Source: an uncultured Acidobacteriota bacterium
Lineage (GTDB): Bacteria > Acidobacteriota > Thermoanaerobaculia > Multivoradales > JBCCEF01
Direction of reading: 5' to 3'
Assembly (NCBI GenBank): GCA_963843275.1
Contig: CAWJJM010000003.1
Location: 117,938-181,937, forward strand
Length of the DNA stretch: 64,000 nucleotides
The notes under the pieces were generated by a model, which had not been told where the DNA came from, ran no database searches, and was given only the letters and a program-made list of their open reading frames with translations. The first letter of the stretch is position 1; every line of letters starts with the position of its first letter. Positions 17,781 through 30,229 of the stretch are shown here, piece by piece. A program made the translations under genes and the position numbers.

Positions 17781-20448
17781 TCAGGGGCCGATCGTGTGGA
17801 GCTGCACCAGCGGTCCCTCGATCGGGTCGTCCGGCGCCAGCCGGATCTCGCCGCCGACGTGCCAGAGGTTGTCGTCCTCGGGGTCGAGCAGGGTCTGCGC
17901 CACCTCCCAGCGGGCGGGACCGGCGGCGACCAGGCGGGTGAGGGCGTGGCGGCGCGCCTGGGGGCCGAAGGGCAGCTCGCCGTAGGCGGCGAAGTAGGGC
18001 TCCAGGGCCGCCTCGAAGCGCTCGGGGGGCCAGGGGTCGGCGGGATCCTGGCGCACCGCGGCGGCCGCCTCCTCCCAGTCCCGGTTCGCCAGCGCCCGCA
18101 CCAGGAGGTGCAGCTCGGCGCGGACCCGGGCGGCGAAGGCACGCGGGTCGCGCAGCAGCGCCGCGGCCGGGCGCTCCGGGTGCTCGGCGCCGTCACGGCC
18201 GCGGATCGCGTCGGCCAGCTCGGGGTGCGAGCAGGCTCTCCCACTCCTCGAGCAGGCTCGTGTCGATGCGCTCGACCAGGGTGCGGAAGGTGGCGAGGAC
18301 GTCGTCGACGCTCCGGCTTGCGCGTCGGACTCGGGGACGCTCTGGGCGAGCGTCTTGTAGAGCTGGGACAGGTAGCGCAGCAGCACCCCTTCGCTGCGCT
18401 GCAGCCCGTAGCTCGCGGACGTAGTCGGCGAAGCCCAGGTAGCGCTCGAACATCTCGCGGCCCGACCGACTTGGGCCGGATGTCCGCCGCGCCGACCCAC
18501 GGGTGGTGCTCGCGGAAGCCTTCGAAGGTGCCGTAGATGAAGTCGGCCTTGGGCTTGGGGTGAGGTGACCTCGTCGCAGCCGCTCCATGCGCTCCTCGTA
18601 GGGGACGCCCTCGGCCGCCTTGAGCTCGGCGACCAGGTCGGTCCTTCGCCTTGTCGACCTGGCGGCGCAGGACCACGTGCGGGTCCTCGAGCACCGCCTC
18701 GACGAGGGTGAGCACGTCGAGGGCGTAGTCGGGGACCTCGCGGTCGAGCAGGCCGAGGGCCTCGACCAGGTACAGCGACAGCGTGTGGTGCAGCGAGAAG
18801 TCGCGCTGGAGGTCCGGGTCGACGGTCACCCAGCGGTACGGCGTGCGGACGTCGCTGCACCATCTCCACGATGCCGGCGCGGTGGAGCGAGCGGACGAGC
18901 ATGCGCCGCGTGGCCGAGCAGCCGGCGCCGGCTGCTCCGGCGTCTCGTGGCTGCGGGCGATCGAGCTCGGCGCAGCGACGGCGAAGTTGCGCCGCCCGGG
19001 GTCGTCGACCTCGGCGTCGCTGCTGCAGCAGCTCGAGGAGCATCCCGTGGGTGACGGAAGCGCGACTCGAGGGTCTCGGGAGGGCGCTCGATGCAGCGGC
19101 GTCGGAAGGTCGCCTCGGTCCACGGCACCTCGCCCCGGCGCGGCCCCTTCTTGACCAGCTTGCGGCGCCGCTTGGCGTCGCCCGCCGCCTTCTCCTCGGC
19201 GCGCTTGTTCTCGATCACGTGCTCGGGGGCCTGGCAGACCACCCAGCCGCGCTCGTCGAAGCCCTTGCGCCCGGCGCGGCCGGCGATCTGCTGGAAGTCG
19301 CGCACCGAGAGGATCCCCACCTTGCGCGCCGTCGTACTTGGAGAGCTTGGTGAACAGCACCGTGCGGATCGGGATGTTGACGCCCACGCCGAGGGTGTCG
19401 GTGCCGCAGATGACCTTCAGCAGGCCCTGCTGGGCGAGCTGCTCGACCAGCAGGCGGTACTTGGGCAGCAGGCCGGCGTGGTGCACCCCGATGCCGAAGC
19501 TCAGGAAGCGCCGGAACTCCTTGCCGTAGGGGGTGTCGAAGCGGAAGCCGCCCAGCGCCTCGGCGATCGCCTGCTTGTCGTCGCGGTCGGTGAGCTGCAT
19601 CGCTGGTCAACGCCTGCGCCAGCTCGGCGCACTCGCGCTGGGTGAAGTTGACCACGTAGATCGGGGCGCGGCCGCTCGCCACCAGCCACTCGACGGTCTC
19701 GTGGAGCGGCGTCTCCCGGTACGCGAAGTCGAGCGGCACCGGGCGCTCCGCCGAGCGCACCACCGCCACCGCCACGCCGCTGCGCGCCTCGAGCTCGCTC
19801 GGCGATCGACCCGACGTCGCCGAGGGTGGCGGACATCAGCAGGAAGCGGGTGCGCGGCAGGGCGAGCAGCGGCACCTGCCAGGCGACGCCGCGCTCGGGG
19901 TCGGCGTAGTAGTGGAACTCGTCGAGGACGGCGTAGGGGACGTCGAGCCCTTCGCCCTCGCGCAGCGCCATGTTGGCCAGCACCTCGGCGGTGCAGCAGA
20001 CCACCGGCGCGCCGGGGTTGATGGCGGCGTCGCCGGTGAGCATGCCCACCCGGTCGGGCCCCAGCTCGTCGCACAGGGCGAAGAACTTCTCGCTGGCCAG
20101 CGCCTTGATCGGCGAGGTGTAGACGCTGCGCCGCCCCTCGGCGAGCGCCTTGAAGTGCAGCGCCAGGGCGACCAGCGACTTGCCGGACCCGGTGGGGGTG
20201 TTGAGGATCACGTGGCGGCCGGCGAACAGCTCGAGCAGCGCCTCCTCCTGCGCCGGGTAGGGCTCGAGGCCGGTGTCCGCCACCCAGTCGAGGAAGCGGC
20301 CCAGCACCTCGTCGGGGGCCGCCGTCCCCGGCGCCGGCAGCCGCTCGCCGAGGGGCGGCCGCGACGGGTCGCGCGGCGCGCGCACCCGCGCGGCCGGGCC
20401 CGCGGCGTGGCGCGGCGGCAGGTCGCGCTGCGAGAGGAGGTTCGCCAT
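17781..20448 (-). pseudogene. DEAD/DEAH (Ski2/HelY-like) helicase with DUF3516-type C-terminus, broken by several frameshifts
   Basis: [40 protein letters not shown] and QIAGRAGR motifs are spread over different frames between ~18200 and ~19800. May be sequencing error rather than true decay. Confidence 0.7.
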
Positions 20449-20453
20449 GGCGC

Positions 20454-21086
20454 CTAGTGCAACGCGCCCGGAGCGGCGCCGCTTCCGCCGCCGGCCGCCG
20501 CGACGGCGCGGTGCATCGCGGCCAGGGCGTCGCGCCCGAAGCGGCGCTGGGCGTGGCGCGCCAGCGGGTAGGCCAGCCGCAGCAGCGGGTGCGCCGGACG
20601 CGAGACGGCGAGGATCTCGAAGGTGACCTCGCCGCCGCCGCGCTCGGCGTGGACCAGGAAGCGCTCCTCGCCGCGCTCGAGGTGGCCGGCCAGGGTGCCG
20701 TAGGCGAAGCCGTGGCGGGTCAGCGTGCGGCCGTCCTCGCGCACCTCGTCGTCGATCGTGGCGACCACCCGGCAGGGGCTCAGCGTCCACATCCCCCAGG
20801 CGCGCGCCTCGACCGCCACCACCGTGCCGACGGTCCGGGGCGGGGCCGGCGGGTGGAGGCGGGCCCAGCCGACGCCGAACATCGCCCACGAGGCGAGGGC
20901 CGCGCGGGCGGCGGCGAGGGTCGCCTCGCCGCGTCCGAGGACGCGGCGGTAGCGGTCGAGGTCGAAGCCCGCCGGGAGCGGCGCGCCGTCGGTCAGGCCG
21001 GCCGGCGCGTAGGAGAGCGGCGCCCGGCGCGCCGCCGCGAGGACCCGCTCGACCGTCTGCGGCCGGGGCCGCCGCAGGCTCAGCAT
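20454..21086 (-). CDS. DUF1990 family protein
   Basis: [23 protein letters not shown] and FEILAVSRP motifs. Confidence 0.82.
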   Translation of the reverse strand: MLSLRRPRPQTVERVLAAARRAPLSYAPAGLTDGAPLPAGFDLDRYRRVLGRGEATLAAARAALASWAMFGVGWARLHPPAPPRTVGTVVAVEARAWGMWTLSPCRVVATIDDEVREDGRTLTRHGFAYGTLAGHLERGEERFLVHAERGGGEVTFEILAVSRPAHPLLRLAYPLARHAQRRFGRDALAAMHRAVAAAGGGSGAAPGALH

Positions 21087-21264
21087 CCGCGCCGCCGCGG
21101 TCGGCCGGCGCGCCGGGTCTCGAGCTCGTCCACGGGGGCAGCGTACCGCGGGCCGACGCCCCGGCGCGCCCCGGGGCGCGGAATTTTCACGCCCCTCCGG
21201 GTGGTAGATTCTCCTGCCGGCCGCGCGGCCCCGGCCGCCGGCCTCTCGACCGCCCGGAGAGCGC

Positions 21265-23272
<2,008 letters not shown>

Positions 23273-23410
23273 GCGCAGCCGCCCGCGACCTCGGGCCCCG
23301 CGCCGGCTCCGCGCCGCCCGGCCGGTGCTCGCAGCCACCCTCGGAAGAGCGGCAGGGGAAGACCGGGCGGCCGACGCGGACCGGCATCCCGGACGCGCCG
23401 GCCTCCGCCG

Positions 23411-24712
23411 CTAGAAGCGCCACCTCGCGGAGGCCGCCCAGACGCTCGCGCGTGCCGTGTACGTGCTGGGCAGCGCCGCCACGCTGGGGCCCTCCTGGCC
23501 GGTGACGTGGCGCTCCGAGAAGTTGTGCAGCGAGTAGCCGACGTCGAAGGAGATCTGCGGGAAGTCGTAGCTGGCGCCGACCGAGTAGACGGTGTCGTCG
23601 CCGCGGAAGAAGGCGGGGTCGACGCGGTGGTCCGGCACCGGCGACGGCTCCAGGGCGAAGCCGGCCGAGAGGGCCAGCGCGTCGGTGACGTCGCCTTCCA
23701 GCCCCAGGCGGACGCCGAGGGTGTCGTCCCAGCCGGAGCGCTGGACGTCGGTGGTGGCGATGCCGGGGGCGCCGGAGAACGCGGCGGTCTGGCTGAAGTC
23801 CGACCAGAAGGTGTCGACGAGGTCGAGCTCGACGCGGAGCTCGGGGTAGGGCGCGAACCAGATTCCGGCCCCCAGCTCCGCCGGCAGGTCGAGGCCCTGG
23901 TGGGCGCCCGTGGAGCCCCGGACCAGGTTCTCGAGGTTGGCGGCGGCGATGGGATCGGCCGGCGCCACCCGCACCTTGCGCTCGACCTTGCCCCCGCCGT
24001 CGACGGTGATCTTGTCGCGGTAGGTGGCCCCCCACCCCCAGACCGTGGAACGGTAGGCGACGCCGGCGTCGACGCCCCAGCCGGTGACGTCGGTCTTGGC
24101 GTCGACCAGCACCTCGCCCGCGAAGAGCTGGCCGCCGGTGCCGGGCGCCGCGACCCGGTTGGTCACCCCCTGGTCGAAGGTCCCGAAGACGTAGCGGATG
24201 CCGCCGCCCACGCTCCAGCCGCTCCCGAGGTCGTAGGCCACCACCGGGTGCACCTCTCCCAGCTTGATGTCGGTCAGGCGGACCAGCGAGCGGGGCGGGA
24301 AGAACACCGGGTTCCAGTCCACCCGGTACCAGGCGGGGGTGTCGATCCCGATCCCCAGGGCCCACGGGCCGGCCGGCTTCCAGCCCAGGTAGACCGACGG
24401 GGTGAACTGGATCGAATGGTCGGCGCGGAACTTCCCCGCGGTCGGCGAGCTGTAGGTGTCGGTGTAGTTCGAGAAGTCGACGCCTCCCTCGAGCTCGACG
24501 CCCTCGATCTCCACCAGGCCGGCAGGGTTGTAGCGCACCGCCGAGGGATCGCTGGCCCGGGCCAGCCAGGCGCCCGCCTGGGCGGTGGCGCGGCCGGTCC
24601 ACTGGGTGCGCAGGAAGCCGCTGGCGCGGGCGGGGGCGGCGGGCAGCGCCAGGGCGGCGGCCAGCAGGGCGGCGGCGAGGGGGGACGGCAGACGGCGACG
24701 GTTCACGGTCAT
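23411..24712 (-). CDS. OmpP1/FadL family outer-membrane transporter
   Basis: Signal peptide, SGF start of the mature protein, YNPAGL motif, alternating beta-strand pattern, C-terminal Phe (WRF). Confidence 0.82.
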   Translation of the reverse strand: MTVNRRRLPSPLAAALLAAALALPAAPARASGFLRTQWTGRATAQAGAWLARASDPSAVRYNPAGLVEIEGVELEGGVDFSNYTDTYSSPTAGKFRADHSIQFTPSVYLGWKPAGPWALGIGIDTPAWYRVDWNPVFFPPRSLVRLTDIKLGEVHPVVAYDLGSGWSVGGGIRYVFGTFDQGVTNRVAAPGTGGQLFAGEVLVDAKTDVTGWGVDAGVAYRSTVWGWGATYRDKITVDGGGKVERKVRVAPADPIAAANLENLVRGSTGAHQGLDLPAELGAGIWFAPYPELRVELDLVDTFWSDFSQTAAFSGAPGIATTDVQRSGWDDTLGVRLGLEGDVTDALALSAGFALEPSPVPDHRVDPAFFRGDDTVYSVGASYDFPQISFDVGYSLHNFSERHVTGQEGPSVAALPSTYTARASVWAASARWRF

Positions 24713-24743
24713 CCTCCTGGGGGCGTGGGCGAAGGGTGTCGGG

Positions 24744-25196
24744 TCATTCGACGGCGTGGATCTCCGGGATCACCCGGCCGTCGTGCAAGGTCAGGATGGC
24801 GAGGGTCAGCGGCAGCCGGAAGCGCCGCGGGCCGCAGGCACCGGGGTTGAGCAGCAGGCACGATCCCTGCCAGGCGACCTCGGGTCGGTGGGAGTGGCCG
24901 TAGACGACGAAGCCGTGGTCGGCGGCCCAGCGGGCCTCGATCTCCTCGCGGCGGTGGACGACGCGGTAGCGCACGCCGTCGAGCTCGCCGCCGAGGTCGT
25001 CGGGGAGGCGGGCCAGCTCGCCGGCGGTGTCGGTGTTGCCGCGCACGGCGGACACCGGCGCCACGGCGCGCAGGCCCGCCAGAACGGCGGCGTCGCCGAC
25101 GTCGCCGGCGTGGAGGATGGCGTCGCAGCCGGCGAGCAGCTCCACCACCTCCGGTCGCAGCAGCCCGTGCGTGTCCGACACCACCCCCACCCGCAT
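24744..25196 (-). CDS. YfcE-family metallophosphoesterase
   Basis: SDTHG, HAGD, VRGNTD, GHSH and NPGACG motifs. Confidence 0.88.
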   Translation of the reverse strand: MRVGVVSDTHGLLRPEVVELLAGCDAILHAGDVGDAAVLAGLRAVAPVSAVRGNTDTAGELARLPDDLGGELDGVRYRVVHRREEIEARWAADHGFVVYGHSHRPEVAWQGSCLLLNPGACGPRRFRLPLTLAILTLHDGRVIPEIHAVE

Positions 25197-25314
25197 GCGG
25201 GGATCATATCCGGGGGGGGAGGGCGCCCGCCGGCGGTCCGGCGGCGCCGCGGTTCGGGCTAAGATCGCGGCCTCGCACGACGTGCACATGGTCTTCGACG
25301 GAGGAGGTTCCCGC

Positions 25315-26832
25315 ATGCTCCCAGTCCGGCCCGGGGCCCGCCCGGCCCGCCGGTGCGGCGCGCCCGTCGCCGCGCTCCTCGTCCTTCTGCCGCTCGCCGG
25401 CTGCGCCACCGCGGCGGCTCCCGCCCCGGTGGCCGCCGGGGACGGCGGCACCGCGGCCACCGCGGCCGGCGCCGCCGCCCGCGGCGAGCTCGACCGCGAC
25501 GAGAACGGCCCTCTCGCTCCGCCCTACCCCTCCACCTATCGGCCGCTGCCGTCGCCGCCCACCCTGATCCGGGGCGCCACGATCCTCACCGGCAGCGGCG
25601 ACCGCATCGACGACGGTTCGGTGCTGCTGGTCGACGGCGCGGTCGCGGCGGTGGGCCGCGGCCTCGAGGCGCCGCCGGGCGCGCGGGTGGTCGACGCCAC
25701 GGGGCGCTGGGTCACCCCCGGGATCATCGACGTCCACTCGCACCTCGGGGTCTACCCGTCGCCCGGCATCGAGGCCCTCGCGGACGGCAACGAGGCCACC
25801 GACCCGGTGACCGCCGAGGTGTGGGCCGAGCACTCCGTCTGGCCGCAGGACCCGGGCTTCCTGACCGCGCTGGCCGGCGGCATCACCACGCTGCAGGTGC
25901 TCCCCGGGTCGGCCAACCTGATCGGCGGCCGCGGCGTGACGCTGAAGAACGTGCCGTCGCGCACCGTGCAGGGGATGAAGTTCCCCGGCGCGCCCTACGC
26001 GCTGAAGATGGCCTGCGGCGAGAACCCGAAGCGGGTCTACGGCAGCCGGGGGCGGGCGCCGTCGACCCGGATGGGCAACGTGGCGGGCTACCGCCAGGCG
26101 TGGATCGAGGCCGCGGCCTACCGCGAGAAGTGGCGCCGCTGGCGCGAGCGGCGGGCGAGCGGCGAGGGGGAGGAGGCGCCGCCGCCGGAGCGCGACCTGG
26201 CGATGGAGACGCTGGTCGGCGTGCTCGAGGGCAGGATCCTCGTCCACATGCACTGCTACCGCGCCGACGAGATGGCGCAGATGCTCGACCTGGCCGACGA
26301 GTTCGGCTACCGCATCACCGCCTTCCACCATGCCGTGGAGGCCTACAAGATCGCCGACCTGCTGGCCGCCCGCGGCGTCTGCGCCGCGATGTGGGCCGAC
26401 TGGTGGGGCTTCAAGATCGAGGCCTACGACGGCATCCGCGAGAACATCGCGCTGGTCGACCGGACGCCGGGCGGCTGCGCCATCGTCCACTCCGACTCCG
26501 AGGTCGGCATCCAGCGCCTCAACCAGGAGGCGGCGAAGGCGATGGCGGCGGGGCGGCGCTCCGGGATCGAGGTGGCGCCCGAGCACGCGATCCGCTGGAT
26601 CACCGCCAACGCCGCCACGGCCCTGGGCATCGGCGACCGGACCGGCACCCTGGAGCCGGGCAAGATGGGCGACGTGGTGGTGTGGAGCGGCGACCCGTTC
26701 AGCGTCTACAGCCGCGCCGACGAGGTGTTCATCGACGGCGCGCTCGTCTACGACCGCCGGGATCCGCGGTTCGAACCGGAGAGCGACTTCACCCTCGGCC
26801 TGCTGCCGCGGGAGATCGGAGGTGCGCGATGA
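25315..26832 (+). CDS. Amidohydrolase family lipoprotein
   Basis: Lipobox LAGC; PGIIDVHSH, KMACGENPK, HCYR, HHAVEAYK and HSD metal ligands. Confidence 0.87.
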   Translation: MLPVRPGARPARRCGAPVAALLVLLPLAGCATAAAPAPVAAGDGGTAATAAGAAARGELDRDENGPLAPPYPSTYRPLPSPPTLIRGATILTGSGDRIDDGSVLLVDGAVAAVGRGLEAPPGARVVDATGRWVTPGIIDVHSHLGVYPSPGIEALADGNEATDPVTAEVWAEHSVWPQDPGFLTALAGGITTLQVLPGSANLIGGRGVTLKNVPSRTVQGMKFPGAPYALKMACGENPKRVYGSRGRAPSTRMGNVAGYRQAWIEAAAYREKWRRWRERRASGEGEEAPPPERDLAMETLVGVLEGRILVHMHCYRADEMAQMLDLADEFGYRITAFHHAVEAYKIADLLAARGVCAAMWADWWGFKIEAYDGIRENIALVDRTPGGCAIVHSDSEVGIQRLNQEAAKAMAAGRRSGIEVAPEHAIRWITANAATALGIGDRTGTLEPGKMGDVVVWSGDPFSVYSRADEVFIDGALVYDRRDPRFEPESDFTLGLLPREIGGAR

Positions 26833-28187
26833 CCCGCCCGACGCCCCACCGTCCGCCGGCCCGCCGCCGCGGTCCGGCCGCCGCGGCCGCCCTCGTCACC
26901 CTCGTCGCCGCGGCCGCCGTCGCCGCGGCCCCCGCCGCCCCGCCGGTCGTCGCGCTGGTCGGCGGCACCGTCCACACGCTGGGCGCCGCCGGCACGCTGG
27001 AGGGGGTGACGGTGCTGCTGCGCGACGGACGCGTCGCCGCCGTCGGTCGCGACGTCACGCCGCCGCCCGGGGCGGTGGTGATCGACGCCGCCGGCAAGGT
27101 CGTCACGCCGGGTCTGTTCGACTCCTTCACCCAGATCGGCCTGGTCGAGATCAGCGCCGTGCCGGCGAGCCGCGACACCGCCACCGACCTCGACCGCCTC
27201 ACCGCCGCCTTCCGCGTCGCCGACGCGCTGAACCCCGCCTCGACGCTGCTGGCGGTGAACCGGGTCGAGGGCCTGACCCGCGCCCTGGTGGTGCCGAGCG
27301 CCGGCAGCGGCGGCCTGATCGCCGGGCAGGCGGCGGTGGTCGAGCTCGGCGCCCGCGTCGCCGACGGCCCCGCCGGCATGGTGGTGCGCCAGCCGGCGGC
27401 GATGGTGGCGGTGCTGGGGGAGGCGGGAGCGCAGCTGGCCGGCGGCTCCCGGGCCGCCGCGCTGCTGGTGTTGCGCGAGGCACTCCAGGACGCCCGCGAC
27501 TACGCCGCGCACCGCGCCGCCTTCGACAGCGGCGCCCGCCGCCCCTACGCCCTGTCGCGCCTCGATCTCGAGGCGCTGGGGCCGGTGGTGCGGGGCGAGG
27601 AGCCGCTGCTGCTCGAGGTGGACCGCGCCGCCGACCTTCTCGCCGCGGTGGAGCTGGGGCGCGAGATGGGCGTGCGGGTGGTGCTGGCCGGCGCCGCCGA
27701 GGGCTGGATGGTGGCCGACCGCCTCGCCGCCGCCGGCGTGCCGGTGCTGCTCCAGCCGCTGGTCAACCTGCCGGCCAGCTTCGAGACCCTCGGCGCCACG
27801 CTGGCCAACGCCGGCCGCCTCGCCGCCGCCGGCGTCCCGGTGGCCTTCATGAGCGGCGACTCGCACAACGCCCGCAACCTGCGCCAGGCGGCGGGCAACG
27901 CCGTGGCCTGGGGGCTGCCGTGGGACGACGCCCTGGCCGCGATGACCACGGTGCCGGCGGCGATCTGGGGCCTCGAGGGGTCGTACGGACGGATCGAGCC
28001 GGGCTACGAGGCCGACGTGGTGGTGTGGAACGGCGACCCGCTGGAGGTCACGACCTACCCCGAGCACGTCTTCATCCGCGGCGAGGAGATGTCCCCCGAC
28101 AGCCGCCAGACGCGCCTCCGCGACCGCTACCTCCGCCTGCCGGAGGAGGGCGAGCTCCCGCCCGCCTACCGCGCCGTGCCGCCGTAG
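26829..28187 (+). CDS. Amidohydrolase family protein, probably non-catalytic partner
   Basis: Same fold markers (VTPGLFD, GRIEPGYEADVVVWNGDPL) but the HxH motif is replaced by DSFT; start overlaps the upstream stop. Confidence 0.82.
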   Translation: MTRPTPHRPPARRRGPAAAAALVTLVAAAAVAAAPAAPPVVALVGGTVHTLGAAGTLEGVTVLLRDGRVAAVGRDVTPPPGAVVIDAAGKVVTPGLFDSFTQIGLVEISAVPASRDTATDLDRLTAAFRVADALNPASTLLAVNRVEGLTRALVVPSAGSGGLIAGQAAVVELGARVADGPAGMVVRQPAAMVAVLGEAGAQLAGGSRAAALLVLREALQDARDYAAHRAAFDSGARRPYALSRLDLEALGPVVRGEEPLLLEVDRAADLLAAVELGREMGVRVVLAGAAEGWMVADRLAAAGVPVLLQPLVNLPASFETLGATLANAGRLAAAGVPVAFMSGDSHNARNLRQAAGNAVAWGLPWDDALAAMTTVPAAIWGLEGSYGRIEPGYEADVVVWNGDPLEVTTYPEHVFIRGEEMSPDSRQTRLRDRYLRLPEEGELPPAYRAVPP

Positions 28188-28253
28188 CGCCACCGGTCCG
28201 CCGGGGGCCGGCGGCGGCACGGCGGCCCGGCCCGCCCGCCCCGCCCCCGCGCG

Positions 28254-30146
28254 TCAGGGGCAGGTGGCGAACGCGTCGGTGTCCTGGATGGCCACGAACT
28301 TGGTGTTGAGCGGGTTCTCGTAGGTCTTGGAGAAGCCGCTCGCGGTGTCCCGCACCCGCATCTCCGTGTAGACGTTGGTGAGGCCGCCCGCGAAGACCCA
28401 GTAGCGGCTGTTGATGGCGCAGCCGTTGAGCACCTTGAGGACCATCTCGACGTTGCTGGCGTTGAAGAACCAGAAGTAGCCGGTGTCGGCGGTCAGCGGC
28501 ACGCGCTGCCCGTCGCCCTCTCCACCCTGGGGCGTCCGCCACCTCGTCTTGACCTCGAACCGGCCGCCGTCGAGGCACAGCGTGGCGGGCCCGGAGGCGC
28601 AGGGGGAGGTGTCGACGGTGGCGGCGAGGAACGCGGCGACGTCCGGGAAGGTCGCCGAGAAGGCGCCGTCGACCTCCTGGTTGGTGGCGAGGCACCCCTC
28701 CGCCGGGTTCGGTCCGCAGCTGCCGAAGAGCTGCCCGACGACCTGTCCGCCGGCGATGATCACCGGCGCGCCGGAGCTGCCGGGGAAGGTGCCGCCGACG
28801 CTCGGGTCGGACTTGAGGAAGCCGTCGCCTCCCACCGGCCTGCCGTCGCCGTCGGTGGGCGGGCACTTGTCGAGCGCGCTGACCACGGTCTCCGAGTAGC
28901 GCTGGGAGAGCGGCTCCGGCACGCCGTCGGGGAACGGATGGGAGATCCGGTACAGCCGCGTCCCCGGGGCCACCACCGACAGGTTGGCGTTCCAGCCGAG
29001 GAAGACGCGGCCGTCCGGGATCGAAAGGAGGCGCAGCAGGGTGAAGTCGGACTGCTTCGAGGTGGCGAGCAGGGTGCCGCCGTCGCTCCGCGGCAGGCTG
29101 GCCAGCGACGGCGGCGCGCCGTCGCACGTCGGCGTCGTGAAGTCCCAGAAGGCCTCCAGCGTCGAGGCCACGCCCTGGGTCGCGATGCAGTGGTTCGCCG
29201 TCAACAGGAAGGGCGTGCCGCTCGCGGTGGAGTTGAGCAGCCCCCCCGTGCACACGTATCCGTCCCCGCCCCGCACGTACTCGAGGAACGCCACCGCCTT
29301 GCGGTAGGGAGCGATCACGTCGAGGTCCTGGGAGGTGGCGCAGCTCGCGTCGGTGAGGCAACTCAGGACCAGGGGCGCCCCCGCCGCGACGGGTCCGGGG
29401 GTCCCGGCGACGGGGGTCTGCGGAGCGCGGGACTCGAGGGCGGCGAGCGCCTGCCGCGCGGTGTCGAGCGGCAACAGCTCGAGGACGCGGTCGACGACGA
29501 ACGCCGCGCCGCCGCCGCCCGGCCCGGCGCGGTCGAGCTCCACCTGCAGCCGCAGCTCCGGGCCGGTGACGCTCGGCGTCCACAGCTCGCCGTCGGTGAC
29601 CAGCTCGCGCCCGAAGGGCCCGACGGTGTCGCCGTCGCTGCCCCGGACCCACAGCCGGGCGCCCGCGGGCAGCTCGCCGACGCGCAGGTGGAGGCGCAGC
29701 CGGTGGGCCGCCTCGACGCGGACGGCGCCGCTCCAGGCGAGCCACCGGCCGTCGGTGGTCACCAGGCCGCCGGCGTGCGCCCGGACGACGTCGGGAGCGT
29801 CCGGCAGATCGGCGTCGAGGCGGACCGCGAGCGGCAGGGGAAGGCGGCGGCTGAACCCGTTCTTCAGCGGCTCCCTCCCCGTGGCGTTCCAGGCCAGCAG
29901 GGCCGCCACCTCGTCCCCCGCCGCCTCCCCGGCCGGCCGCAGGACCGCCATCGGGGCGAGCGGGCCGCTCCGCACCGGGTCGAGGAGCGGCCGCGCCGTC
30001 GACGCGGGGAACGGGCTGTCGGCGAGGACCAGCGGCCCCATCTCCTGGGCGAAGGCCACGCCGCTCATCGAGACCGTGATCAGGAACGGGACCAGCAGGC
30101 TGCGCCGGACGCCGGACGGACACTTCCCCCCACCGAGCTGGCTCAT
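28254..30146 (-). CDS. Secreted trypsin-like (lysyl endopeptidase-like) serine protease with conserved C-terminal domain
   Basis: Signal peptide; CTGGLL, LTANHC, SDFTLL and GSSGAP triad motifs; C-terminal ~116-aa domain also present in the 51159..52769 protein. Confidence 0.85.
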   Translation of the reverse strand: MSQLGGGKCPSGVRRSLLVPFLITVSMSGVAFAQEMGPLVLADSPFPASTARPLLDPVRSGPLAPMAVLRPAGEAAGDEVAALLAWNATGREPLKNGFSRRLPLPLAVRLDADLPDAPDVVRAHAGGLVTTDGRWLAWSGAVRVEAAHRLRLHLRVGELPAGARLWVRGSDGDTVGPFGRELVTDGELWTPSVTGPELRLQVELDRAGPGGGGAAFVVDRVLELLPLDTARQALAALESRAPQTPVAGTPGPVAAGAPLVLSCLTDASCATSQDLDVIAPYRKAVAFLEYVRGGDGYVCTGGLLNSTASGTPFLLTANHCIATQGVASTLEAFWDFTTPTCDGAPPSLASLPRSDGGTLLATSKQSDFTLLRLLSIPDGRVFLGWNANLSVVAPGTRLYRISHPFPDGVPEPLSQRYSETVVSALDKCPPTDGDGRPVGGDGFLKSDPSVGGTFPGSSGAPVIIAGGQVVGQLFGSCGPNPAEGCLATNQEVDGAFSATFPDVAAFLAATVDTSPCASGPATLCLDGGRFEVKTRWRTPQGGEGDGQRVPLTADTGYFWFFNASNVEMVLKVLNGCAINSRYWVFAGGLTNVYTEMRVRDTASGFSKTYENPLNTKFVAIQDTDAFATCP

Positions 30147-30229
30147 CGCTTCGCCCTCCCTGGAGAAAGACCTCGAATTGGAACCGAGTGGTCCTGCGCA
30201 CTCTAGCGCATCGCCCGGCGGGGCGCCGG

